From assembly GCF_009914755.1 (NCBI RefSeq), contig NC_060937.1: DNA of 64,000 bases; one strand, given 5' to 3'. The position numbers and the translations under genes were made by a program. This DNA is from the human T2T-CHM13v2.0 reference genome, Homo sapiens. Below the pieces are notes generated by a model, which saw only the letters and a list, made by a program, of their open reading frames with translations, searched no databases and was not told the origin of the DNA. Shown in pieces: positions 1 to 12,129 of the stretch; the stretch's first letter is position 1; the number at the start of each line of letters is the position of its first letter.

Positions 1-193
1 AGCTGATCCTTCCCCAGTGGAACATTTAGATGACTGCAGCCCCACTCAACACCTTCATTGCAGCGTGTGAGAGTTGCAAACCCTGTTAAGCTGCACCTAA
101 GTTCCTGACCTACAGAAACTGTTAGATAATAGATGTTATTTTAAGCCACTGAGTTTTGGAGTAATTTTTATGCAGCAATTGATAACGAATACA
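1..193 (+). mobile_element. MLT1-family (ERVL-MaLR) LTR, 3' part
   Basis: Ends in ...gaaactgttagataatagatgttattttaagccactgagttttggagtaatttttatgcagcaattgataacgaataca, a typical MLT1 3' terminus. Confidence 0.8.
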
Positions 194-504
194 CCAGGCA
201 AGTAGCTTCAAAAGGATGTGGATTTTGAACAACTCCCTTGCAATTTTTGGATTGTTTTGAATTCAACAAAGCAGGCAGTCAGGGGAATTATTTTTCCTCA
301 AAAATTACGTTTTCCTCAAAAAGTCGATTAACCCCAAAACAGAAAGAAATGAATATAAGATCTCCAATGTGGCAGTCTGTGTAATAAAATACCTTTGATT
401 ATTCTTCTCTTTCTCTCTCTTTTTTTTTTAACAGTGTAAACAAACAGACTTTCAAGAAGTGAATTTTATGTGAAATGTTTGTGGAAATCTTGGAAGATGA
501 CAAA

Positions 505-705
505 TGTAGTGCAAAGAGCCCAGGCCTTAAAATTAGACTGAGGTGTGGAGCCTTGGTTTTCTCATCATAAAATTGGAATCATAATACCTCATGGATTCTA
601 AATGACAAAGGCACTCAGTTCATTGCCTGGTCAATTGATGCCCTTTAGCTTCTCTTATTGCAGGTGATAAAGTTGAGGCTCAGAGAGGTGGAGTGACTTG
701 ATGTG
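505..705. mobile_element. MIR fragments (both orientations)
   Basis: ccttggttttctcatcataaaattggaatcataatacctc (+) and gttgaggctcagagaggtggagtgacttg (-) match the MIR core. Confidence 0.6.
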
Positions 706-2119
706 CCCAGAAAGAAGGGGGTCTAGGGCCGCCACTAATCTGATATATCCCCAAGTTACTAAGCAATAGATTGGCAAATTTTGAGCTCCAAATCCAGAGC
801 TCTGGCTTCCTCCACATCACAAAATAAGTCCCAAACCACCAACTCTGCATGTCTAACTCCCAAGAAGAATTCTCCTTGGGATTTCTGTTAAAACCAGCAA
901 CTCTCGTGGAGTTTGTGACACACTAAGAACAAAGGCTTACAAAGATAGCTGGAAGAAGAGTGGCACTTCCTTTGGAGAAACCCACATTTAAAATGCCATC
1001 TTCTAAACGCAATCTTCCCTCCACCTCTATCTTCGATTTTGACATTGATAGAGAAGCTTTCAAGAAAGCAGCATAACTCAGTTAGATGAAGCTACTAATT
1101 TGAAGGAACAATACATAATGAATGGCACTTATGTGTGGTGATTGTAACAGCAATTGTCTTCTGCCATTTTTCTCCCTGAGACATTTTATCTTGTCTTTCT
1201 CCTCCTTTTTGTATTGTTAAGGACTATTGCAAGTATGTGTGTGTGCATGTGTGTGTATGTTTGAGAGAGAGAAAGACTATGAAAAGAAGAAGAAAGAGTG
1301 AAAGAGAAGAATTGTCTTGGAAGAGAAAAGGGTATAGGAAGAGATGAACCATGACTACAGCTGTGTCTGGAGGAAATAAGAAAATCTAGACTGTTTTAGA
1401 GGGAATGAACTTTCCCCCATGTTCTGGGTGTCTGGTCAATAGGATGAATGAAAAACTCTGCCAGCCTTCAATCCTCATGGCATGGTATGAAGTAGCACAG
1501 GGTACTTCCAGCTGCATCTGCCCCTCTGCTTTCCAACCTATGAAGACCAAAGCAGAGAGCTTCAGGAGCACTAACTCAATCTTTTGTCCTCCTTTTGGCA
1601 CTTAGCTAATGTTTCTTGGGCATGAAAAGGGAAGTCATTGGGCTTATTGAAAACTTACTGCACATTCTGATGTAACAAAAGCATCTGGGTAAAAATGTTC
1701 CAAAGAAAACCCATTTATGAATCAATAAATGAAAGATAAAGAAAATATGAAACTGTATCTAATCACTTGCTTACTTTTTTGTCCTTTCCTTTTTCTTGGA
1801 ATATCCATGTCACTGATGTGTCATACTTCTTGGCAGTATGTCAATTAACAATAATCACACCTTGGATAAACCTCATTGCTCACATTACTGCCACCATGCA
1901 AAGCTTAGCTCTATTTTAAATCAAAGGAATTTGACTCAGAGCAAAGAAACTATTTGCCCAAACTTTGTAGATCTTTTGACTCTTCAGAGTTTGCATCATG
2001 TAGTACAAAAACCACTGCCAGAAGATAGAAAGACCTGGTTTCTAGTCTTGGCTCCGAAAGTGATTCCCCAGGTGGGTCGTAAGGAATGGTATGATACTTG
2101 CAAGGCTCTCTCCTTTGCA

Positions 2120-3490
2120 CCACATTCAGAGCAATCTAAATCTTCTCCCTATCTCCACAGCCATGACTTTGTCTAAGTCACGTTGCTCTCTTATCTGCGC
2201 CACCCAACTGTCTTCCAGCTCATCTGTCTGCTTCATTCTCATTCCTTCCAACCCATTCCTCTCCATGCAACTGTCAGAATATATTTACAGGAGTAAATCA
2301 AGGCATGCCACTCTCTACTTAAATCCCCCACAGCTTTTCCCTGCCCACCTTTACCCCCTCATCTCTTGTTTGTACCATCTGTCCAAGACACACCTGCCAC
2401 TCTTATCTTTTGTCAGTTCTTAAGCCAAACTCCTTCTTGCTTTTTTTCTCTGTCTAGAACACTCTTCACCCAGTTTTCCCAAATCACTCTTGAGTTGGTA
2501 TGTAATAAATAGTAGTTAAAAGTAAATGAGTAAATGAATGAATAAATCAACCCCAATTTTATTATTTGCTCTTTGTCATACTTCATGTTAAATATCAGGT
2601 CCTAAGATATTTTCTAACTATTTTAACAAAAGGAATCATTCCCCATATTCTCACATACCCATTTTATATTCTTCTTGGCACTTACCACAATCTATAGTCT
2701 TTCTTTTCTTTTGTTGTTTCTGCTGTTCACTTGTTTATTACGTGTCTTTTCCATCTGAATTTAAGCTCCCTGAAGGCAGGGATCATTTGTGTCTTTTTCA
2801 GCATTATATTCTCAATGCCCATCATGGCAAAATCCCTAGCACAAAGTTGGTTTGCAATAAATATTTTTTGAAGCAAATGAATAAATGAATGAACTAAAGT
2901 TCTACCATATTTATCCCTTATCTAATGGCCTTCAAAGGCTCTCCATAGCTTGTAAGAGAAAGACTGGATTCTTTGTGTAATCTAGAGATGCTACCTTGAT
3001 GCAATTTCTCTTGTCGAGTGTTGAAAAATTGTTTGCATTTTCAGTTAAGCCATATTTTCTTAGCCTCCATATGTCTGCCCTTCCCTGCACCTCTTGACAA
3101 CACACGCTCTGCTATTGTAGTATATAATGCCAGGACAAGTATCCCTGGGAGCATGTAACACATGTGACACAAAGTGCTTGACTGAAATGTTAGCCCCTAC
3201 CTTATCTGAACATAATCCTCTTGACTAACTTCTATTTGTCCTTCAAAACTCAACTCATGTGCCCATTCCACTGGGAAGTCCTTTGATTCCTTTGTCCTCT
3301 CTGTCTGCCCTTCCCTGTACCTCTAGGTAAAACATGCTGCCTTCTGTTGTAGCACACACCACACACTCAAGTAGGACGTTTCCCCAACTAGAGAGTTTGT
3401 TTCTTGAGGGCCAAGCTTGTTTCTTATTACCCTGTTTCTTTGTTGCCTAGTATGTAGTAGATACTCCACATATTCTTGTGAATAAATATT
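2120..3490 (+). mobile_element. Cluster of L2 (LINE2) 3' fragments
   Basis: taagctccctgaaggcagggatcatttgtgtc...aataaatattttttgaagcaaatgaataaatgaatgaa; several L2-type tails at ~2540, ~2890 and ~3485. Confidence 0.7.
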
Positions 3491-4367
3491 AGTGAACGGC
3501 TGACTCATTCTTTCAGAATGATGCAGGAACCCAAGAGATACCATTTATTACTAAGGGGACATCCTGTAGAATGCACTTAAGCTCAGGTAATGAGTTAATC
3601 ACCATTTAGTGCTAAACTAAAACATCCTATTACCATGGCCTGAATTAATATTTTAAGCTGCCAAAGCTTTTGGCTTTGCAAACCACTGTCACTCGAGATC
3701 AACATTCCCAGGAATGTTGCAAAGACTGTGGGCAGCTGTAGGGCTGTCCTGGCTTTGTCCTTGCAATAAAAATGTAAACCCTGACTTGCTTTTAGAGTTG
3801 CCTGATTTTGACAATGGAATTGACCACTTAGAAGGCATAAGTGCGTGCTACGTTCAAGCTGAAGTCTGAGTATTATGTGAAGTCTTGAATAAAAAGAGCC
3901 TGAACCTTAAAAGGTATCAGGCAAATGGAGAGGTTCTATGTGCCTTGTTTGTCAGGTGTGGCTAGTGGCCCACCTGCATCAGAATCATCAGGGCCTCAGC
4001 AATGGCTGGGGGGGCCACTGTGAGATGGAGCATACTTCTCAAGTAGGGATGGTAGAGCTACAATCTCCCTCAAGCCCAGCCAAAATGAAGACTCCTGGAA
4101 AGTCTCTCTCTGCTCTTGTTTAAGTCTTGATGTTCCCTTCTTTCCTTTCTTCCACTTTGTAAAGTGAGAAAAGAATCAAATTGATATGAGGTGGAACCAT
4201 GTTTGCTCTAAAAAAAAATTAGAAATAATAAAAGTATCACTTCATATTTGTCTATCTGTCCAGTGTTTTAGAATTACAGGATACACACCATTCATGGAAA
4301 ACAGCCATAAGCGTGACGGAAACATCTGAAACTGTGTATTTGAAAATAGAAAATGAGTCTCATAAAG

Positions 4368-4825
4368 CATTGTTTTTCAAAATCTGTCTAAAACCACCTA
4401 GAATGTTTTGTTTAAAATACAGCTTCTCATTGTGGAAGACAGTGTGGCAATTCCTCAAAAACCGAGAGGCAGAAATACCATTTGACCCAGCAATCCCATT
4501 ACTGGGTATACAACCAAAGACTATAAATCATTCTATTATAAAGACATATGCATGTGTATGTTCATTGCAGCACTATTCACAATGAAATAATCTGAACGAC
4601 AAACACCTGGGAAACACCCATGAAACAAGTTTACCTACATAACAAACCTGCACCTGTAGCCCTGGACTTAAAATACAAGTTTAAAAAATAATAATAAAAT
4701 AAAATGTAGGTTCCCAGACTACTGAAAGACACAAAGAGGTAGAGGCAATCTGGTGCAGCCTGGGAATGTGCATTTTTTGTGAGCACCCTGGGTGAGTCAC
4801 ACACTCAAGTTTCAAGAAGCCACTT
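4368..4825. mobile_element. MER5-like hAT-Charlie MITE, split by an L1 insertion
   Basis: Left part cattgtttttcaaa...cacctagaatgttttgtttaaaatacagcttct; right part gcctgggaatgtgcatttt...ccctgggtgag...aagtttcaagaagccact. Confidence 0.6.
4428..4703 (+). mobile_element. Older L1PA 3' fragment with internal deletion
   Basis: ORF2 C-terminal remnant ([23 protein letters not shown]) joined at ~4583 directly to the late 3'UTR (gaaataatctg...acaaacctgcacctgtagccctggacttaaaata) and an A-rich tail. Confidence 0.9.
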
Positions 4826-6259
4826 TGAAAGCATGTGTTGCTTTTGTGAAAGGGTAGCAGGGCTATGGGGTTAATACCAGGACAAACGTCCCGGGGAGCA
4901 TGTAACCAGAGGATTTGGGCAGGATTGAAAAGGAAAGTTATTTTAGAGGAAAAGAATGAAAGAAACTCAAGATCCTGAATTGAAAGGGCTAAAGTTTGCA
5001 TGGCAGAAACGAGGCACTGACTACAAAGGGCGGCCTATTTTTCCCTGTGTAGGGATAGGGCGTGTGGGCACAACTGCCATCATCAAAGGGTTTTTCCATG
5101 CGTCACTAAATACAAAGTGGCTCTGAGACCACAATCACCTATTATTAGAAATGTAATAGTCATATCTTATTTTAAAACCTGTTTTTAATCTATTGCCACC
5201 TGTAAAACTAGACTAAACAGATCAAATCTTAAGGCTATCTAAAAATACTCTGAGCAGAAACATAATTAAGGTTCTAATTAGAATTATTATTTAGTAGGCT
5301 ATGTAGACAAGCCTGAAGAGATAAGCCCCTATCAGTGGCATTAAGTTCTAACTGACTATTAAATTCATGGGTCTACGCCATGTGTTTTTTTGTCAGCATA
5401 GAAATTATGTTGAACAGGTTTCAAAACCCAAGTAAAGATTGAAATTTATTTTCATTTAAAGGATGTTCTAAGTGCAGGGATTTCAACAGACAAAACAATG
5501 TATTGCTTGGAGGTTTCTAGCTCATGAGAAAACTTGGCTATAGGGCTTATGTTCCCGAAATTTTCAGATACCACTTCAGGGTGGACGAAGATAGCAAGAG
5601 AGAAAGAGCATGTTTGATTCGCCTTCTCAAGGTTGTTGTATTTGTGTCATATGCAATAGCAGAGTGTAAAATCTCTTGACTTAACTACATACCATAGAAG
5701 CCACTCGTTGTGCAGAAGAAAAAAGTAAATATTTTCAGATATAGTCAATCCTTCATTTTTTTGTGCTAACAAGGAAACTGAGTAACATAGACTTCTAAAA
5801 ACATGTGATATAAGCATTTTTGGTATTTATGTATTAAAGTGGTCATTGGAAGAAAACATACACTCAAAATAACAATTCAAAGTAACAGAAATCATGGGCT
5901 CTCCGTGCAGAAACCCACCTCCAGATGAGATGAAAAATGTTTGGGCTTCATTATCTGGTTTCCTTACCCAAATATTTCATGGTGGAAACCACTTCTCAGG
6001 CACATGAAAAGAGCCAGTCTACAGAAAGTAATCATTTCTCTCTCCTTAAGTTACCTACCCAACCCACAGTTTCCTTGAGATTAGTAAAGGTTACTAGATG
6101 TTTTATTTGAAGAGACCGATGGCACCTGGGGGAACCTCTACTCCAGTTGCCTGCAGGCCCAACCAGTGAGGTCACCGGCCACAGTACAGGAATGTGTTCT
6201 TTCTGGAAGCAGCAAGTCTATCACGTTCCTTATCCCAAAAATGTGTCTCAGATATCTCA

Positions 6260-7390
6260 TAGCCTTCCCCACCCACAAGCCAGCTCTTTTCTCCTTAAAC
6301 TCATAAATATCACCACAGTTCTTCAAACAGAAACCCAAGCATCTGGGCTCCTCCTGTCCATCATCTCTACATACAATCCTATCAAGCAGATTTGTCACTT
6401 TCTCTTTTTTTGAATATCCCTCAAATTCTACAGTTCCTCTCTGTTCTCAGTGACATCTTTCCCAAGCCATCATCGCATCTTGTCTGACTAGTGCTACAGC
6501 CTAAGCAGACACCCTTACCTCTACTCTTTGCTTCCTTCCTTACATTTTACACAGAGTGGCCAGAGTGATAGTAAAACATAAATTATGTCTTCTCACACCT
6601 GCTCACAAGCCTTTAATGACTTATCATTCCATTTAGGAGAAAATAAGAAATTCTTGACAATGCCTACAAAATTCAGCGTTACTCAGCCACTGCTTATCAG
6701 CCCAGCATGATCTCCTGCCACTGTTTCTCTTGCACAGAACCTTCTAGAACTCTGGTCCTCTTTGAAGATGTCAAGGTCTTTCCTCCCTCAGAGCCTTCAC
6801 ACATACTGGCCCAGAGTGGTTGATCCTCCCGCAGGCATAACGGAATCACCCAGCCAGTCCTATATTTCCATCGTCCCTCAGCTCCACTATCATTTCTTCC
6901 ATGAGGACTTCTCTGATTCTCTCACCCACCTTAACTGAATCCTCTCTATAATTGTTTGATTAATTCAATTTGCCTCTTTAAAGTAGAGGCTGCAGCCGGG
7001 CACAGTGGCTCACATCACCTTGGGAGGCCAAAGGGGTGCATCTCTTGACCCCAGGAGTTTGAGACCAGCCTGGGAAATATGGTGAAACCTCATCTTTACA
7101 AAAACTACAAACATTAGTCGGCTGTGATGGCATGTGCCTGTAGTTCCAGTTACTCAAGAGGGTGAGGCTGTAGGATCACCTAAGCCCCAGGAAGTCAAGG
7201 CTCCAGTGAGCCAAGATTGTACCACTGCACTCCAACCCAGGCTACGGGAGGGAGACCCTGTCTCAAAAAAAAAAAAAAAAAAATAGAGTAGAGGATTCAC
7301 AAGGGCAGGGATCATGTACATTTTTCTCACCACTGTATCTCCAGAGTTGTATCTCCTGGCACAGTTCAGAAAAAATGTTGTCGAATGAAG
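6260..7390 (+). mobile_element. L2 element (interrupted by Alu)
   Basis: L2 motifs cacagagtggccagagtgat, aagggcagggatcatgtacatttttctcaccactgtatctccagag. Confidence 0.7.
6995..7283 (+). mobile_element. AluJ
   Basis: Dimeric Alu with J-type right arm (ggatcacctaagccccaggaagtcaaggctccagtgag), poly-A, degenerate TSD aagtagagg/gagtagagg. Confidence 0.9.
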
Positions 7391-8239
7391 AATAATTGAG
7401 AGAACTATTTCCTTTGTTATGTTAACACGAGAATTAAAAACTCCAAGAGAAATACGAACACGTGGATTTCCAGTTGTTTCTATGGCGGGTTCCAGTTTTC
7501 CATACAAGAGCAGCAACTGAGTGGGAGTAATGCCAGGGCCCTGAAGTCCTTCCCACTTCAAAGCTCATCAGCAGCAACTCAAGAAGGGATTAATAAAACT
7601 CCCTCTTTCCTGGGACATGTTAGTGTCTGTTCTTGAAGCAATGCAGAAATAGATATTTTTTATGGTGAATGGTATTTTCATTAACCAAGTTACCTCCATA
7701 TTCTTTGAAGTATGTCATCAGATTCTTCAAAAAGAATTGTAAAATTAAGGACAAATGATTAAAGAGCTGCTGTTAGCAGTGAATTATACTCTAACCATCT
7801 GGGTCTTTGAGATCTTTTTGCTTGGTTAACCCTGGATTTTCCACTTACTGAGGCTCTCAGTTTTTCTCCTACACTTCTATCCTTAAAATGGGTATAAGAC
7901 TTAACAGATTTTTTTTTTCTGAGGCTTTGAGACTATGGAACTCACAGGGATAGCCGAAGGTACCAATCTGAAATATAAGAAGCATAAAGTTGGCAAGTTG
8001 AGATGAGTCTTCAGAGATAGTGGTCTGAACTCACAGAATTTGTCTAAGAACAATGATGTCCTGCCTGATAGTTGGACTTAGATGATAGAATAAGAATCTG
8101 GTATTCAACAACTAAGTATTTGCATTAAATATCCTGACATAGGCACTAATCTGATGCAAATGTAAATGTTCAATAATTTTCTCCTTTCCTCTCTCCCTCC
8201 ATTCTTTCCTTCCTTCCTTTCTTCCTCTTTTTCTTTTTC

Positions 8240-8580
8240 GTTCATTCATTTATTCTTTTGTTTATTTATTTCTGTCAAAAAATAGTTGTGCCAAGCGCTG
8301 CTGCTGTAGTAGTGACCACATCAGATGTGACTCCTGTTGTCATGAAAGTTACAGTAGAGCAGGAGGCAACTTTAAACAAGTAATTTCACAAAGTAATTTT
8401 ATTACAATTGCATTACATTTGTATTCTATTACAAAGTAATTTTATTACAATTGTAATAAAATACATAAAAGTGAAGTTTACAGTGAGTATGAATGACAGA
8501 TGAGTTACTTGGTTTAAAGGATCAGGGAGCACTTCCTCAGAAAATGACGTTTCAAATAAGACCTGAAGGATAAGAAGAAT
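8240..8580 (-). mobile_element. L2 3' fragment
   Basis: ttcattcatttattc tail followed by L2-like gtgccaagcgctg...catgaaagttacagtag. Confidence 0.6.
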
Positions 8581-8824
8581 TGCTTTCCTAAATGCTTTAC
8601 AAAAAGTACTATAAATGCTTTATAAAACGCGTTGCCTAAATGCTTTGTAAAAAGCTTAGACTCTTCTATGCCCTCCTCACTTTTCCTACCTTCTATTCCT
8701 CAATTTGAAATGGTTCATTTACAGGTAAAATAGAAAAATCATGTTCATAGGTCTGAGTATATAGTTTCTATCTTTGTTTAAAGCTCTGCACCTGGGAAAG
8801 GAGCCTTCAGGAGCATCTACAGTG

Positions 8825-8884
8825 ACACACACACACACACAGTACAGCACACATACACACACAGTACAGCACACATACACACAC
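8825..8884. repeat. Interrupted (CA)n microsatellite
   Basis: acacacacacacacagtacagcacacatacacacacagtacagcacacatacacacac. Confidence 0.9.
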
Positions 8885-11599
8885 TTTTTTTTAAGTTTCA
8901 AGGTGATTATACAATATCCTCATATTTTGAGCTTATACATAATCTCCTCGATTACTATCAGGTTGCTCCTACAACTTAGAAAGTTCTTTGAATATTATAG
9001 TCAACAGAAGGCCCTTTGACCATGCTTTCTCTTTGAGTTTCTCTAAATACACACCAATATTGGTTCTCAGAAAAAGAATACCTAGTATTGCCTCTATGAA
9101 AGGGGGAAGAAGGTTGAGAATTGAGGTGGGTAAAAATGTTAACGTTTTTGGTAATGTTTTATTTCATTAAAAAATATTGGAAGACAATATTATAAAATGC
9201 TGCTATATTTTAAATTCAAGGTGTTAGTTATATGAGTGTGTGCTGTGTTATCTTTTCTAGATTTTTAAAGATTAGGGCATTTGATTTGAAATCCTACAGT
9301 TAGCTCATTTGTTAATGAATGAATGAATGAATGAATACACACAGCAGGGAGTCATCAAGCACCTGTGATATATTGGATCTGTGTTAAGAAATGTGACATG
9401 AGCAAAGTCCTCTACCCTTGTGCCATGGCTTACTCTAGTGTGAGCTTCCTGAATTAGGTCTCCTCACAAAGACAGGTGATTTTTTATTGATATTGGATGG
9501 CAGATCCATTATGGAGTGTTAAAAAATGGCTTATCAATTTCCATCCTGATAGACAGCAAAATCCTCTCCCATTTATCTCCTCTTCTTCCATGTTATCTCT
9601 CTTCCCAAGGTCATCGCAATGTCAATTCATGTCTTCTAAATTAGCAAGTCCGCATAAAGTGTTTCAGTGGACACCTTCAATGATGTAAGTATTCAAAAGA
9701 GTTAAGTATTCTGTCAAATAAAAAATCTTAGGTGATCCTAAGGCCAAGTTCTAAGACTGGATATCTTTTGTGCCAAAAGATGCTAGGTAAGCTTGTTTGT
9801 CCCTGATTCAATTTCTAAATCTGAATAATATCCCTGACATGCTTTTGAACAAATTATATAAATTCATTTTTTACTCTTGAGATAGCTTATGGTAGTTTCT
9901 TAAATAGGCACTAACCTCTTTGAAGCAAATACAAGAGGATGCTGCCAATCTCACCTGGCCCAAACAGTGAGACTGAACTTGACACTGTTATAACCTTAAG
10001 CGTCATCAGTACATGTTCACTGTACCTCTGAATGGATAAGAACAGGTGATCATCTGCTGACTTTAGATAACTAATCAATGATATGAGATAAGAGGACTCA
10101 TTCAGGCAGCCAATGGGCAAATACTGCCTTAATGTTATTAAATAGGTCCTTACCAGTGTATATATTATATAATTTGAAGCAGTCCTCCAAAGCATCTTTA
10201 GCTAATTCCTAACAGAGTTGTATTCTAGCTACTCAAGGGCTCTCTTTTGAAACCACATAATTCCTTTGTATTCAGGCTCATGCATTCATGGTTTTCATGA
10301 TGCAGACAAAGAAAGCAATAACCAATAAGATGTAAAGGACTGAAAGCAAAGGGTCTCTTGAGTTTTGTGCTATTATTTTGAATTAATTAACAAGAATGGT
10401 ATTGTGCAGGCATTGTCACCATTATCATTATGGATGAGCTCATATATTAATCATTTAGCTCCCCTGGTTTTGATTTTTTATATCATACCAAAGCACATCT
10501 TATTTATAAATATATGAACTGATGTGGTAATAAGTGACAGAAACAAAAGATTCTCTTCATAATCTATGCTGTAACCTCAAGGGACAATATGACAGAAAAA
10601 AATACCGAACTACAGAAAGAAGGAGACCTCATTCTATGATTTCTTCCCTGTGAAGAATATATAATATGGAGGCTTCTATAGATTAAATCAGGGAGTTTAA
10701 CCCCCCGTTCTAATGCGTTTAGTAGCTGAGCAGGAAAAGAGAATGAGCAAACATACTCATGATCTACTCTCCGGCAAAATGGGTTTATAAAATTCCAACT
10801 TCATAAAGATGCACCTGGACGCTCCAGGGCACAGGACATCTTCTCTGAAACATCATTTAGTGCCTCTTTATTACAGCCCTTTCTCAGTCTCCTCTTTCCT
10901 TGTTATTTAGCATGAGCAAAAAGTAGCTTCTGGGGAGACTCCTCCTTTTCTGAAGACTAGTTCTTACCTGCACAGGCAATATTTCGTGTCGGGAGACTGC
11001 TCCTCTGAGCAACCCTACTCCCACACAATCGCATGTAATCCGCCTCACAGCAGGCATGAGCCTGCAAGTGACAAGACACAAGTGGGGAGAATTGGCAACT
11101 ACATAAAAAAAGATACCAAATAGTCTCCGCCTACCAGTCAGATGCTACTCCATCAGAATGGAAAACAATGGGGAGAACGGAGATCATTCAGTTGAGCATG
11201 ATCCATTTTGAGCAATCTCTAATCAATTCAGGGACACCTCCTCTTCACCCCTCCTCTCCCCTCCATCATCTGTCTGCATTTGTGTAGCAGTGAGCACAGC
11301 ATTAAGAATACTTTGACAAGGGTGTCATTTTAGTCTGAACGCCTCAAAATGACTGGGGAGGAAAAAAGTTATCTTTTGCCTTCAACTCCAAAATAAAAAT
11401 GATCTGAGAAGGAGAAAGAAAATTTCCCCAAGAGATCTACTTTTCGTATGGAGTGTTATAGGATTGCCCTGATGATGGAGATGATTTCAGGGTGAGAGAG
11501 AGGGTGTGACATTTGTCATCATTCATTAGGAAAGGATAAGTCAGAGAAGCCCAATAGAACCTAATTTCTCCCCACTTAAGGGACTTTAAGGGGGAAAAA

Positions 11600-11800
11600 A
11601 GCTTAGAATTTATTGTCAGAAACTGGATCCAGGCTCTGCCTTTTGTTATCTATGTGAACTTACTCTTGCCTTTAATATCTTGGAGTCTGTTTTCTTATTT
11701 GCAAACTAGAAATAATTCCAATGTTAGCACAATGTGAATATTAAGTGAGGTCATGTATGTGCAAGTGCTCACTGCAGTACATGAGTTACATGGGTGGACA
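11600..11800 (+). mobile_element. MIR
   Basis: gtcagaaactggatccaggctctgcc...tctgttttcttatttgcaaactagaaataat...taagtgaggtcatgtatgtgcaagtgct. Confidence 0.65.
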
Positions 11801-12129
11801 GTGATATTTGTATTGAATAAAAACACAGAGTTTAAATTCTGCAGTAGTGGGAGCTTACCCTCAGGCTACTGTTAGGGTGAGAGATGATCTTAAACAGGGA
11901 CAATGTGCACTGAGCCCTATGCCCCGTAGATGCCCTAAATGTGAGTGCACATTTTGCAAGCCATGTGGACCTTGAATGTGAGTGAAAGGAGGGAAGATTG
12001 GTCACCAGGGCCTCCACTCACGCTCTCTCTTTGTGTGCTTTTCTCTTTGAGACCTCCCCCTCCATACCAGTGACCTCATACCAGCATTTGCTTGCTGATG
12101 ACACAGGCCATCCTCAATCATAAATACTT

